From Zygnema circumcarinatum SAG 698-1b (Eukaryota > Plantae > Zygnematophyceae), in contig CM074814.1 of NCBI GenBank assembly GCA_037447605.1, forward strand, positions 930,001 to 994,000: a DNA stretch of 64,000 nucleotides. The letters run 5' to 3'. Made by a program: the position numbers and the translations under genes. Below the pieces are notes generated by a model. That model had not been told where the DNA came from. It did no database searches and saw nothing but the letters and a program-made list of their open reading frames with translations. Positions 13,443 to 24,479 of the stretch are shown here, piece by piece. How positions within the stretch are numbered: the stretch's first letter is position 1; each line of letters opens with the position of its first letter.

Positions 13443-13873
13443 CACAGTTCGGACCAGTGGATCGGCAACCATTGGACAACCATTGGATGGCAATGGTTGG
13501 ACGTCTACTGGTTGCCAACCAGTGGCATCCACTGGTTCCAAACCAGTCGAATGGTTGTTTCGGTTCGCAACCACTGGCTGGCAACCAGTCGAATGGTTGC
13601 CTACCAGTGGATCCACTGGTTGGCAACCAGTCGACTGGTTTGGAACCAGTGGATGCCACTGGTTGGCAACCAGTCGAATGGTTGTTTCGATCCGGCGGCA
13701 CTGGTTGGCAACCATTCGAATGGTTGCCAACCAGTGGATCCACTGGTTGGCAACCAGTCGAATGGTTGCCAACCAGTGGCATCCACTGGTTCCAAACCAG
13801 TCGAATGGTTGTTTCGGTCCGCAACCACTGGTTGCCAACCAGTCGACTGGTTTGTCTAATGGTCCGATCTGTG
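13443..13873. mobile_element. hAT-type MITE (431 bp) with palindromic heptamer interior
   Basis: TIRs CACAGTTCGGACC / GGTCCGATCTGTG; perfect 8-bp TSD AAAAGCAT at 13435-13442 and 13874-13881. 8-bp TSDs are typical of hAT. Confidence 0.9.
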
Positions 13874-14892
13874 AAAAGCATTTACGGAAATGAAAGGTAC
13901 ACAAATTAGTACTCCGCTGTGTGGAAATTTTGATGTCACCAAAATATTTGTTTTGGCTTGAAACGTACGAGAGGACATACTGACGATTTTTAAGTCTGAC
14001 AACCCCAAATTGCAAACTCGGTTTTTCACAGTTTGTACGTCTGACGATCTGGTACGGAATGTTGGTGGGAATATTGAGACTTCGAAGCGACAAATAACTA
14101 ATTTGTCGTATATTTCCCAGTCAAAGCCGTTGAATCCGACCGTCAAATTAGCGGACAAATTAGGCTGGACATCTTACGGCTAAGATTAGGCCGGGCATCG
14201 TACGGCGGCCATGAGTTTGTCCCGTAGCGCCAAGGGAATCGGACTTTCAAATATTTGATGTGCCACGTGTGATCTCGGCGGTGAGTTCACCGACAATCAT
14301 GCCCGCGCGCCAATTGGTCGAGACTGCTCCCTGGCGACGAAATGTCGGTGCATTAACTCGCCCCCAAAGCCGCCATCGAACAGATCCCCGCAGTGCGATT
14401 CTCGGGCAGACAAAAATATTCAAAATAAAATTCAGTCCCCACCATACGGAGAATCTGCCCAAAACAAATCACGTTCTCCCTTTTGAGCCGTCAACGGCAC
14501 GAATAGAAAATTTTCATTGCAGGATCGGCAGGAATATCGAATCTATATAAAAACATTTCCTGCCCGTATGAAACATTTTTTCCTGCCAGAGCTGTATCCT
14601 TCCTGCCGCCATACGTGTCGTCGCCACTTGACTCCCACTCCGCGGCGGAGGCTGGGGGTGAGTGGGAGAGAAAGAGAAAGGGGGCGAGAGAGGTGGGAGA
14701 GGGAGAGAGAGGAGAGAGAGGGGGAGAGGAGCGGTAGAGAGAGGGATAGCAGAGAGAGAAATAGGGAGAGGAGAGGGAGAGAGAGAGGGAGAGCAGAGAG
14801 AGGGGGAGGAGTGGGAGAGAGAGTGGGAGGGACAGAGAAAGAAGAGGAGAGTGAGGGAGGGAGGGAGAGGAGAGGAAGGGGAGAGGGAGAGG

Positions 14893-17718
14893 GAGAGGGA
14901 GAGGGAGAGGGAGAGGAGAGGGAGAGAGGGAGAGGGAGGGAGAGAGGGAGGGAGGGCGAGGGAGGAAAGGGAGAGGAGAGGGGAGAGGAGGAAAGGTTAG
15001 AGAGTAGGGGACAGGAAGGAGGGAGGGAGAGGGCAAGAGACGAGAAAGGTAGGAGTGACTTCAGTGGAGCTGCGAGAGGAGAGTCCGGTGGTTTGGGGGA
15101 GAAGGCGGATATCTTCAGTGATCGGGGGCCTCTGAGAGTGTGGGAGAGCCTGCGAGCGAGAGGATTATGGTGGGAGAGTGTTAGAGAGGTGGTAGGTGGA
15201 AGGAGAGGCAGCCATGGGCGGGGAACACTGGGAAGCTGCTCGGGAGGAGGGGAGCCGGAATGGAGGGAGAGGCTTCATGTCGTGGAGAGGAGTGTTGCGG
15301 ACGATCATGCTGCTACTGGCCACGTCTCTCACAAGGGCGGGTGAGTAGGGGTGGAGGGAGGGAGGCTGTGAGGGAGGGAGGAGGAGGGAGGGAGGGAGGA
15401 GGGAGGGAGGGAGAGAGGGAGAGAGGGAGGGAGGAGGGAGGGAGGGAGGGTGGGTGGGAGGGACGGAGAGAGGGAGAGAGGAGGGAGGGGGGGTGGGAGG
15501 TAGGGAGGAGTTTGGAGAGCAGTGGGAGGGAAGTAGGGTCTCATCGTGGAATATACTGAGCACTCTGAAGAAAATATTTGGCTCTCTTTGCCGGCTTGCT
15601 CCTAAAGCTTGGCATTAGAACTTGATGAGCTCATTCATTTGTACGGAAGTGGTTGTGACACGGAAACGGTGGGAACCCAATGGGGCTCATGTGATTTCTA
15701 TATAAATAAAACCTTGAAACACAATAGCATGACATTTTCTAAAATTTTCAATCTTTACTGTTGACATTGCCTTCCTTTTTCTGAGAATTGTGTTTTTTTG
15801 TGAAGCTCAACGTTTATTAGATAAGTAGCAAATGTTGAGCCAAGTAAGTTAAAAAAAAAAAAAACAATCGTCAATATGGCCAATCAATCAGAGCCGTCCG
15901 AATACATATTATAATCAATGGCAATTCACTCCTTTCCATATCTTGTCACTGTCAAGTACTCTTTACTCACTCTGTACTCAATTTTAACAAGCACTGAAGG
16001 AAACCACATTTACCTTATACCCCTCACTCCGAGAATTGGACTCTGTTCCTGCATTACAATGTTTATATATGTTTTCAATTCAGACTTAAACATTCACCTC
16101 ATCGTTCATTCGCACACTTTAAAGAAGCCTTGATATTGTGTGGTTGCTTATTCTTTAATCCCCTCTTCTCCCGCCTTCCTCCTCCTGCCTCCTTCCTCCC
16201 TCCCCACTCCCCCACCCCCCCTCCCCCCCGTCTTTTCCCTCCTCTCCTCCCCCCTCTCTCCTCCCACCCGCCCCACTCCCCTCCCTCCTCCCTCCTCCCT
16301 NNNNNNNNNNGAGAGGGAGAGGGAGAGGGAGAGGGAGAGAGAGGGAGAGGGGAGGGAGAGAGAGGGAGGGAGGGCGAGGGAGGAAAGGGAGAGGAGAGGG
16401 GAGAGGAGGAAAGGTTAGAGAGTAGGGGACAGGAAGGAGGGAGGGAGAGGGCAAGAGACGAGAAAGGTAGGAGTGACTTCAGTGGAGCTGCGAGAGGAGA
16501 GTCCGGTGGTTTGGGGGAGAAGGCGGATATCTTCAGTGATCGGGGGCCTCTGAGAGTGTGGGAGAGCCTGCGAGCGAGAGGATTATGGTGGGAGAGTGTT
16601 AGAGAGGTGGTAGGTGGAAGGAGAGGCAGCCATGGGCGGGGAACACTGGGAAGCTGCTCGGGAGGAGGGGAGCCGGAATGGAGGGAGAGGCTTCATGTCG
16701 TGGAGAGGAGTGTTGCGGACGATCATGCTGCTACTGGCCACGTCTCTCACAAGGGCGGGTGAGTAGGGGTGGAGGGAGGGAGGCTGTGAGGGAGGGAGGA
16801 GGAGGGAGGGAGGGAGGAGGGAGGGAGGGAGAGAGGGAGAGAGGGAGGGAGGAGGGAGGGAGGGAGGGTGGGTGGGAGGGACGGAGAGAGGGAGAGAGGA
16901 GGGAGGGGGGGTGGGAGGTAGGGAGGAGTTTGGAGAGCAGTGGGAGGGAAGTAGGGTCTCATCGTGGAATATACTGAGCACTCTGAAGAAAATATTTGGC
17001 TCTCTTTGCCGGCTTGCTCCTAAAGCTTGGCATTAGAACTTGATGAGCTCATTCATTTGTACGGAAGTGGTTGTGACACGGAAACGGTGGGAACCCAATG
17101 GGGCTCATGTGATTTCTATATAAATAAAACCTTGAAACACAATAGCATGACATTTTCTAAAATTTTCAATCTTTACTGTTGACATTGCCTTCCTTTTTCT
17201 GAGAATTGTGTTTTTTTGTGAAGCTCAACGTTTATTAGATAAGTAGCAAATGTTGAGCCAAGTAAGTTAAAAAAAAAAAAAACAATCGTCAATATGGCCA
17301 ATCAATCAGAGCCGTCCGAATACATATTATAATCAATGGCAATTCACTCCTTTCCATATCTTGTCACTGTCAAGTACTCTTTACTCACTCTGTACTCAAT
17401 TTTAACAAGCACTGAAGGAAACCACATTTACCTTATACCCCTCACTCCGAGAATTGGACTCTGTTCCTGCATTACAATGTTTATATATGTTTTCAATTCA
17501 GACTTAAACATTCACCTCATCGTTCATTCGCACACTTTAAAGAAGCCTTGATATTGTGTGGTTGCTTATTCTTTAATCCCCTCTTCTCCCGCCTTCCTCC
17601 TCCTGCCTCCTTCCTCCCTCCCCACTCCCCCACCCCCCCTCCCCCCCGTCTTTTCCCTCCTCTCCTCCCCCCTCTCTCCTCCCACCCGCCCCACTCCCCT
17701 CCCTCCTCCCTCCTCCCT
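14893..17718 (+). repeat. Tandem duplication of a 1418-bp unit (about 14893-16300 and 16311-17718), each copy ending at a 10-N gap
   Basis: Identical ORFs at offset 1418 (15165/16583, 15260/16678, 15918/17336); both copies end ...CCTCCTCCCT then Ns. Confidence 0.95.
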
Positions 17719-20700
17719 NNNNNNNNNNCCCTCCCCCTCCCCCTCCCCCTCTCCTCCTCCCTCCTCTCGCCCCCCTCCCCTCCCTCCCTCCCCCTCTTTT
17801 CCCTCCTCCCTTCTCCCCACCGCCCCCCTCTTTTCCCTCCCTCCCCCTCCCTCCTCCCCCCCCCTCACCCCTCTTCCCGCCCCCCCCCTTTTCCCCCCTC
17901 TTCCCTCCCTCCCTGCAGATGTGAGCATATACTACTACCCCGGCATGCAGTTCCTCGGCAGCCGCCCCCTCCTCAACAGCAGCGCGCCGGCCTCCCCCGC
18001 GGAGTGCGGCGCGCTCTGCTCCCTCTACGCGCGCTGCTTCGCCTTCGTGCACTACCCGACCGCGTGCTCGCTCTTGGGGGCGGCAAGCGCGCCGAACTAC
18101 AACAACTCGCTCGCCACGGCGGGAGTAGTGGACCGAGGTGAGAGAGCTACAGGGGAAGGAGGAGAGGAAGAAAAATTGCTTAAGAAGTAAACACAGCTTG
18201 CTAATGTGCAAGCTTGTCCACAACTGCGCTTGACCTCTCTGTCACCTATCTCTCTCTCTCTCTCTCTTCTCTCCCCCAGGGACCAAATACTACACCTTTC
18301 CGAACACGAACTTCATTCTGCAAAACGTTCCGGACATGCGCATTCGCAGTGTGACATCTGTTGCGGAGTGCGCCTCCTACTGCCAAGCGGTGCCGGCCTG
18401 CACCGCCTTCATATTCACCACGAACGACTGGGGGTACAGGGGCTGCTGGCTCAAGTACTTCGGCTTTCCCGACCCGCCAAGGGACACAAATCCTCTGTGG
18501 ACAAGCGGTCAGGTTGTGCGAGGTACGGCCGAGAATGGCCTCCAAATAATGCCCCCTTAACATTTTCTGCAAGACGAGACTCTGCAGGTTGAGGAAGGAT
18601 TTCTGTTCCAAAATCGACAAGGTAGCTTCTATCTCTGTCAGAAAATGCTTCATTGTGATTGACTGGAAGTGAAAAGGAGTATTGCAGTTCCCACTTGGCC
18701 CGACGACATGGCAGCGCTGGAAGCTCTGCAGAACAGCCTCTACTTCTATAATCAAACAGGTGAGAGGAAAATGTGCCAGTCCCTCGCCCCCCTCCCAACC
18801 TCTCTCCCTCTCCCCTCCTCCCGTCTGCCTGTTCCTAACTCCTCTCCCTCTCTCTTTGCAGGACAGAAGACCTCGGGCATACCACAATGGACACAGTTTC
18901 AGGTGGACCCTTGCGCAAATTTGGCGAATTTTCCAGGAATCGTTTGCAACATCCAACAAACCATTAACGGAACCCAATACAGCCGAGTCTCAAGGTGGGG
19001 CTCCTTCGTACGAACACTTCCTCAAACTGGGGTGTTGTCTGAATATTAAAATTGCGCAAATTGACTTTTACAGGCTTACGAGTAACGGCTTTAGCCACAG
19101 GCTTGTATCAGCGTCTGCTAAGCTGATAGGGCTTTACTTGTTTTTCGTTGATTTACAGTATAGACTTCTCCGCAGACTACCCGGGCCAGATCTGGGGCTC
19201 CATGACTCCTGCTTTTCACCTGTCAGCCATCACCAGCTTCAAGCTCAATGTGAGATAGTGCTGAAGGATCAGGAAGCGACCTCTTCTCTCCTGCCCCTTC
19301 TCTTTCCTTCCGCAGCTCCCTCTCCTTCAGTGCAACCCATCTCCTGTCTCTCCCATAAATCAACTTGATGAGTACTCACTAATAGTTGTCAGTACACAAT
19401 GTCTGCAGGGCCTAAATGTGAACCCATTGGTGTCCTGGATTTTTTATAATATGCCGAACCTGTTGAGAGTGAATCTCAACTACACAGTGTTTGCAGGTCC
19501 TTTCCCGCAGTTTAGCGTTTATAATAAGCAGCTGGAGTATCTCAGCATCATAAATCAGGTGAGAGGGGTTTCAACAGATTGGAAGAAATTGGCGCCTGAA
19601 ACTGCTTCACATCTTGACGGAGAACTAATTTTAAGCTAAAAAGGAGATTGTAATAGAGCTCACGTGGCTGCATGCCCTTCCAAATCAAAGTTGATTCTCA
19701 GAACTTCCATGTTGGATAAAAACTGATTCTATGGCGATCCAATCCTGGGCAGGATAACAACCAAACGTTAGCGGGCAGTTTTCCTCCTTTCCTTGTGGAC
19801 CTCCCACTTCAGGTATGACAATGTTTCCTTGCGAGAAAGGACCTTCTGGAAGGTCATAGAAGCCAGAACAGCTCTTTCACTTTTCGATTCCATTCAACCA
19901 CTTCATTTCTAAACAAAACAAATGGGCTGACTTGGTTCAAAACTCTCTGTTGACATATGCCGTTTTGTAATTAGTACTTGGGATAAATTAATCGAACGAA
20001 GATTATTTTCATGCCCGAGTGCAGGTGCTGAAGTTCCGCGGAAACAAATTCTACGGTCCCCTTCCGAACGTCCCAAGGACCTCTCCGTGGCGAGCATATC
20101 TTACAACATTGGACCTTTCGTATAACATTTTTTCAGGTGTGTGAAGACCTCCGTGAACTCTCAGAAGTGCTGCACGAGAAGCTTCCTGCGCATTGCTTTT
20201 CTGTCTCTCCATCTCTCTTCCATCCCCCTTTCACTCTCCCTCTCGGCACATCCCAAACCGCTTCATCTCCAGCCCTCTCTCTCCTTCCCTCCGGACCCCC
20301 TCGTCCTTCGCCCACTTTTTCACTTCCTCTCCCCTCTCCCTCTTCCTCCCTCTCTCCCCCCCCCACTTCCCCATTCCTCCCTCTAACTCCCCCCCACTTC
20401 CCCATTCCTCCCTCTACCCCCCCCCCCCCCNNNNNNNNNNCCCCCCCCCCCCCCCCACTTCCCCATTCCTCCCTCTAACTCCCTCCCTCTCTCTCCAGGA
20501 GGAATTCCCGTGTCCATTCTACGCCTCCCCGTCCTCCAGAACCTTGACCTTAGCTTCAACCGTCTCAACGGCTCCATCTCCACTCCCGTCCCCGGCGCTC
20601 TCTCCGCTTTCATCCTCTCCCACAACTATCTGAGCGGGCCCCTCCCCTCCCTCAACCTCATTCCTGCCCCGATCATCCGCCTCCAATACAACCTCTTCAC

Positions 20701-23159
20701 GGGGCCTCCGCCTTCGCGTCTGTCCCCCACTCTGACCTACCTTTCCCTCGCCAACAACAGACTACAAGGGTCGTTTCCAGGTGAAAGAGAGCAGGGGCAG
20801 GTGGGTAGGTTAGGGTTGATATTAGGATGGGGTTGAAGATTAGAATAGGGGTAGTGTAAGGGTGGGGATTGAGTTAGGGTCAGCATTGGGGTGGGATTGG
20901 GTTGGGTTGAGATATGAGGTTGGGATTGGGATAGGGATTGGAGGCTTGGTGTTTGGGAGTAGAAATGAGTGTTGAGGTTGGGAGGACTTAGGGCCATTTG
21001 CTTACGAAGATGAGGTTAAAATAGGAGGAAGAGAGTAAGCAAGTGTGGGGTGGAAGCGGAAGAAGGAAGGAATGCAACGGTGGTGGGTATGTTTGGGTAA
21101 TGCATGTGCATGCATTTCGATTGGAATTGGATGGCGACTAAGACTGCAAAGAGAATGCTACTCCAACAGGGGATCACTTGAAGCATGCTAAGTCTGGTTT
21201 TCTTCGACTCGGCTGGGCTTGCAGATTTGAGCGCATACAGCTCCCTCACGGTGGTGGACTTTTCTAGCAATGGGATCTCAGGGAATTTCAGCCAGTCCTT
21301 CATCCCCCCCCTGACAACCCTCGTCTGTAAGCATTTTCTCCTACATCTACTCCATGATGCAGGCAATTAGTCATCCTGTCACTGTTTTTGCACAACCTAA
21401 GTACCCCTTTGCCCTTTTCCTTGTTCCAGAGTCTCATTTTTCTCACTTCTTGTGTATTTTAAGTTTTATAACCAGAAATCTTACGCTGTTCTCCTATGGT
21501 GTTCAGTGAGAAAGAACCTCCTATCCGGTCCCCTGCCTCCCGGGCCCCTCCCTCTCAGAAACATTGATCTGAGCTTCAACAAGTTCTCAGGCCCCATTCC
21601 AAGCTCCTTCTTCGGAGCACCTTGCATCTATCGCCCCTACAGATCCTTTTTTTGCGCTCCATGGGCGGGAAGAACCGGATACATGAATATATCACACAAC
21701 CAGGTGAGTCCTGCAAGCACGCAAGTGAAGGTTTGTGAAATTCCAGCGTTCCTGACATGCTGTTTAAATGGGAGGTAGTTCTCTTCTGTCATACAAAGAT
21801 GTTTGACTGCAGATATTCTAATTTTTCTCTGCATTTTCTTGATTTATGTTGATTTATCCAGTTATCGGGGCCCGTTCCCGGAGCAGCTGCATTTATAAAC
21901 ATGTCGGGCCCGGTGGATATTTCATACAACCGGCTTTCAGGGCTCATTCCGGAGGATGTCGGCACAATTCAAAGCAGCCTCTACCTCTCCAACAACTACC
22001 TGTCGGGCCCACTCCCTGGTAGCGTCTCTCTCCCCAGAGGGTCTTAAACCCTAGAATGCTTCCAATGCTCTGCTCTTCACCTCACCTCTGAACCGTTGTC
22101 TGATCCTTCTCACATGTCTTTCATGTTGAAGAGATGCAGAATTTTGGATTGCCATGTAGTGGTCCATCTTTCAGTTTATAATGTTTTTTCTAGCCAAGGC
22201 CAACGGATTTCAACCAGGTCTTTGTGAGGACTATCTCCATTCTGCTTTCAGTAGAACTCACACACCCTTCCCCTCTCCCTCTCTCTCTTTCTCCCCCCCC
22301 TTTCCTGCCAAACAGCTACCTTCTCTCAGTTCCTGGGACAGCAGCTCTATCTCGACGGCAACCGACTCAACGGCACAATTCCTCCCAACCTTCTTTCTAA
22401 CGTGAACAACGCCTTCTTGGACCTTTCAAGGAATTTTTTCAACGGGCACCCTGGTGAGAGATTGCGTTAAAACTGCCCACTTTATTTCGAAAAAGCTTTG
22501 GGCAACCAATTGAGGGAAATCCCTATTTCTATTCAGTTTCTTCTCGAATTTCTTAACTATTTAACCGTTTTGGCACGGGTACAGATTTCTTTGCGCAGTC
22601 AAACTACTTCGCATATGTGAATGTGAGCAACAACCTCCTCTCAGGCAACCTCCGCAATTCGCTTTTCACGCCCAACATCACCTCCCGCCCGCCTTTCACA
22701 GCGGATTACTCAAATAACCAGCTCTCTGGAACCCTAAGGAATTTGGCCGCGCAGGGGAATCTGCTCTTGCAGGTGAGAGCTCATTTACCTGTTTTAGCTG
22801 CTTTTGTAGAGAATTGCAGAAGAAGCTTAGATGAACGACTTTCGTCCACTCCTTCTCAATTACTCGGAATCGCATGGAAGCGAGGGGGGTTTGCAGAAGA
22901 AAGAAAGGAAGTGATGCTGAAAGTAGGTACTTTCTGTTATTGCTCCTATGTCTGCAGGGGAATTACTTTGGGGGTCCGGCACCCAATCGAAACGGTACTG
23001 CTGCTGCTTTCAAGCTCGATCTCTCTCGGAACTGCATTTCTTGGCCCCCTTGCTCGGGTACCTGCGTTTCAACCCCTGGGAGGGCGCCGGAGGAGTGCTC
23101 CCTGTTCTGCAACGCGCAGAGTCTGACGGGCGCCTGCAAGTGAGAGCCTCCCACTGTCC

Positions 23160-23191
<32 letters not shown>

Positions 23192-23803
23192 ATGGCATGG
23201 CATGGGAGATGATAGGTAGATGGGCCTTTTCTATGGAAGTCGGAATGGTTTGCGAGGAGGCTTGACTTTTCGCTGTCCCTACGGCTTCTGACAGGCTGTA
23301 CTCTCAGTCAAGTTGAACAGATGCATCTTGAAATGGAAGAACAGAGAGAGAGGGAGCGAGAGACTGGGAGAAGGGGGAATGGGAGAGGGACAGGGAAAGG
23401 GAGCGGAGAGGGAGAGGGGAGGGGGGGAGGGGCCTCTCTTTTGGTCTGTGGCTTAACCTCCTCCTCGCCCTCGATTGCTGCGCCTTGCTGCAGCGGCAAG
23501 GGCACGTGCTTCTTCAGCGGCGGCCCGGGCAGGAATAACGCGAGCGCCGCCGCGTGCTGGTGCTATGCGGGCTACGGCCCCGCCGCGGATGGGCGGGGCT
23601 GCCTCCCCCTCCGCCCCCCCCCTGCAGCCCCCCCCCGACGCCCTCCCCCTGCAGGCCCTCCCCCTGCAGGTCCCCCCCCTGCAGGTCCCCCCCCTGCAGG
23701 CCCTCCCCCTGCAGGTCCCCCCCCTGCAGGTCCCCCCCCCGCAGGCCCTCCCCCTGCAGGGCCGCCGCCGCTCACGCCTGTGCTGCCTCGCGGCCGGCTC
23801 TGA
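16695..23803 (+). CDS. Predicted secreted protein: signal peptide, 2 PAN/Apple-like domains, LRRNT, about 20 plant-type LRRs, Cys-rich/EGF-like domain, (GPPPA)8 tail
   Basis: Exons 16695-16758 (MSWRGVLRTIMLLLATSLTRA; duplicate at 15277-15340), 17919-18137, 18280-18522, 18688-18759, 18862-18994, 19159-19249, 19409-19558, 19753-19812, 20025-20136, 20501-20780, 21225-21326, 21507-21703, 21862-22018, 22316-22453, 22585-22772, 22958-23139, 23494-23803. All are GT-AG and phase-compatible. PAN-like ECGALCSLYARCFAF and ECASYCQAVPACTAF; LRRs such as LDLSFNRLNGSI; EGF-like CNGKGTC...CWCYAGY...GC. Confidence 0.85.
23640..23772 (+). repeat. 15-bp coding minisatellite (GGCCCTCCCCCTGCA variants) encoding (GPPPA)8
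   Basis: Read directly in the last exon of the LRR gene. Confidence 0.93.
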
Positions 23804-24479
23804 GGGATTTAGGGTTTGTACATGCATGTGCATGCATGCATGCATTCGAGTTTTTGGCCGAGTCCACGGCGCAACAATAACAACAACAGCAGGAGGAGGA
23901 GGAGGACGAGCAGCGCAAAGAGAGCACTGGAAACATGGGCGCACTGCAACTTGCTTGGTAGAAAGGCATGATCTGTTCAATGGGTATTGTTGGCAGAAAT
24001 GGGTCAGGTTAGGTTTTCGGCTTATGTGATTGGACACGTGCTTTGCAGAGTAATAACGGTGGATGGATTCGACTGTCTCATGAGCAGGCTCCTCTTTGAA
24101 AGTAATTCTTCCATTGCTATTTGTTCACCGCCTTAGAACTATGCGGGCAGTTGCAAGGGTGGGGGTCGGACTCCTCCTCCTTCGACGGAGATCAGGGGGT
24201 CGAAGGAGTCCGACCGCCTGATCGGACGGCTCTCGCTGCGCGGCCATCAGCAGGCAGACAGGCACCCCTGCACGCAGACATCCCGACCGACAAACGGACA
24301 GACAAACAGACAGACGTACGGGCAGAAATAAGAAAGGCGTACGGACATTCAGGCCGACGCCCGACGTACAGTACCCCCCCCCCCCCCCCCCNNNNNNNNN
24401 NCCCCCCCCCCCCCCCCCCCAAATATTTTCGCCATGGTATTGGGCGAAAATCTTGGAATTTGCAAATACAGGCTACTCA

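Noticed and set aside
13443-13873. Possible CRISPR-like array
   Set aside because: No unique spacers of constant length; bounded by TIRs and an 8-bp TSD; eukaryotic context with no cas genes.
13220-14093. Overlapping long ORFs on both strands with GNQSNG/WQPV repeats
   Set aside because: They are translations of the palindromic MITE interior, which lacks stops in several frames; no coding evidence.
14491-18223. Many Pro/Leu/Ser- or Arg/Glu/Gly-rich ORFs (also at 3.0-3.8, 28.3-28.8, 30.1-31.0, 33.9-34.6, 50.4-51.1 kb)
   Set aside because: Stop-free GA/CT low-complexity tracts, several crossing N gaps; only the spliced exons listed are supported.
20341-20480. Triple direct repeat CTTCCCCATTCCTCCCTCTA around a gap
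   Set aside because: Intronic low-complexity sequence flanking Ns; may be assembly overlap.
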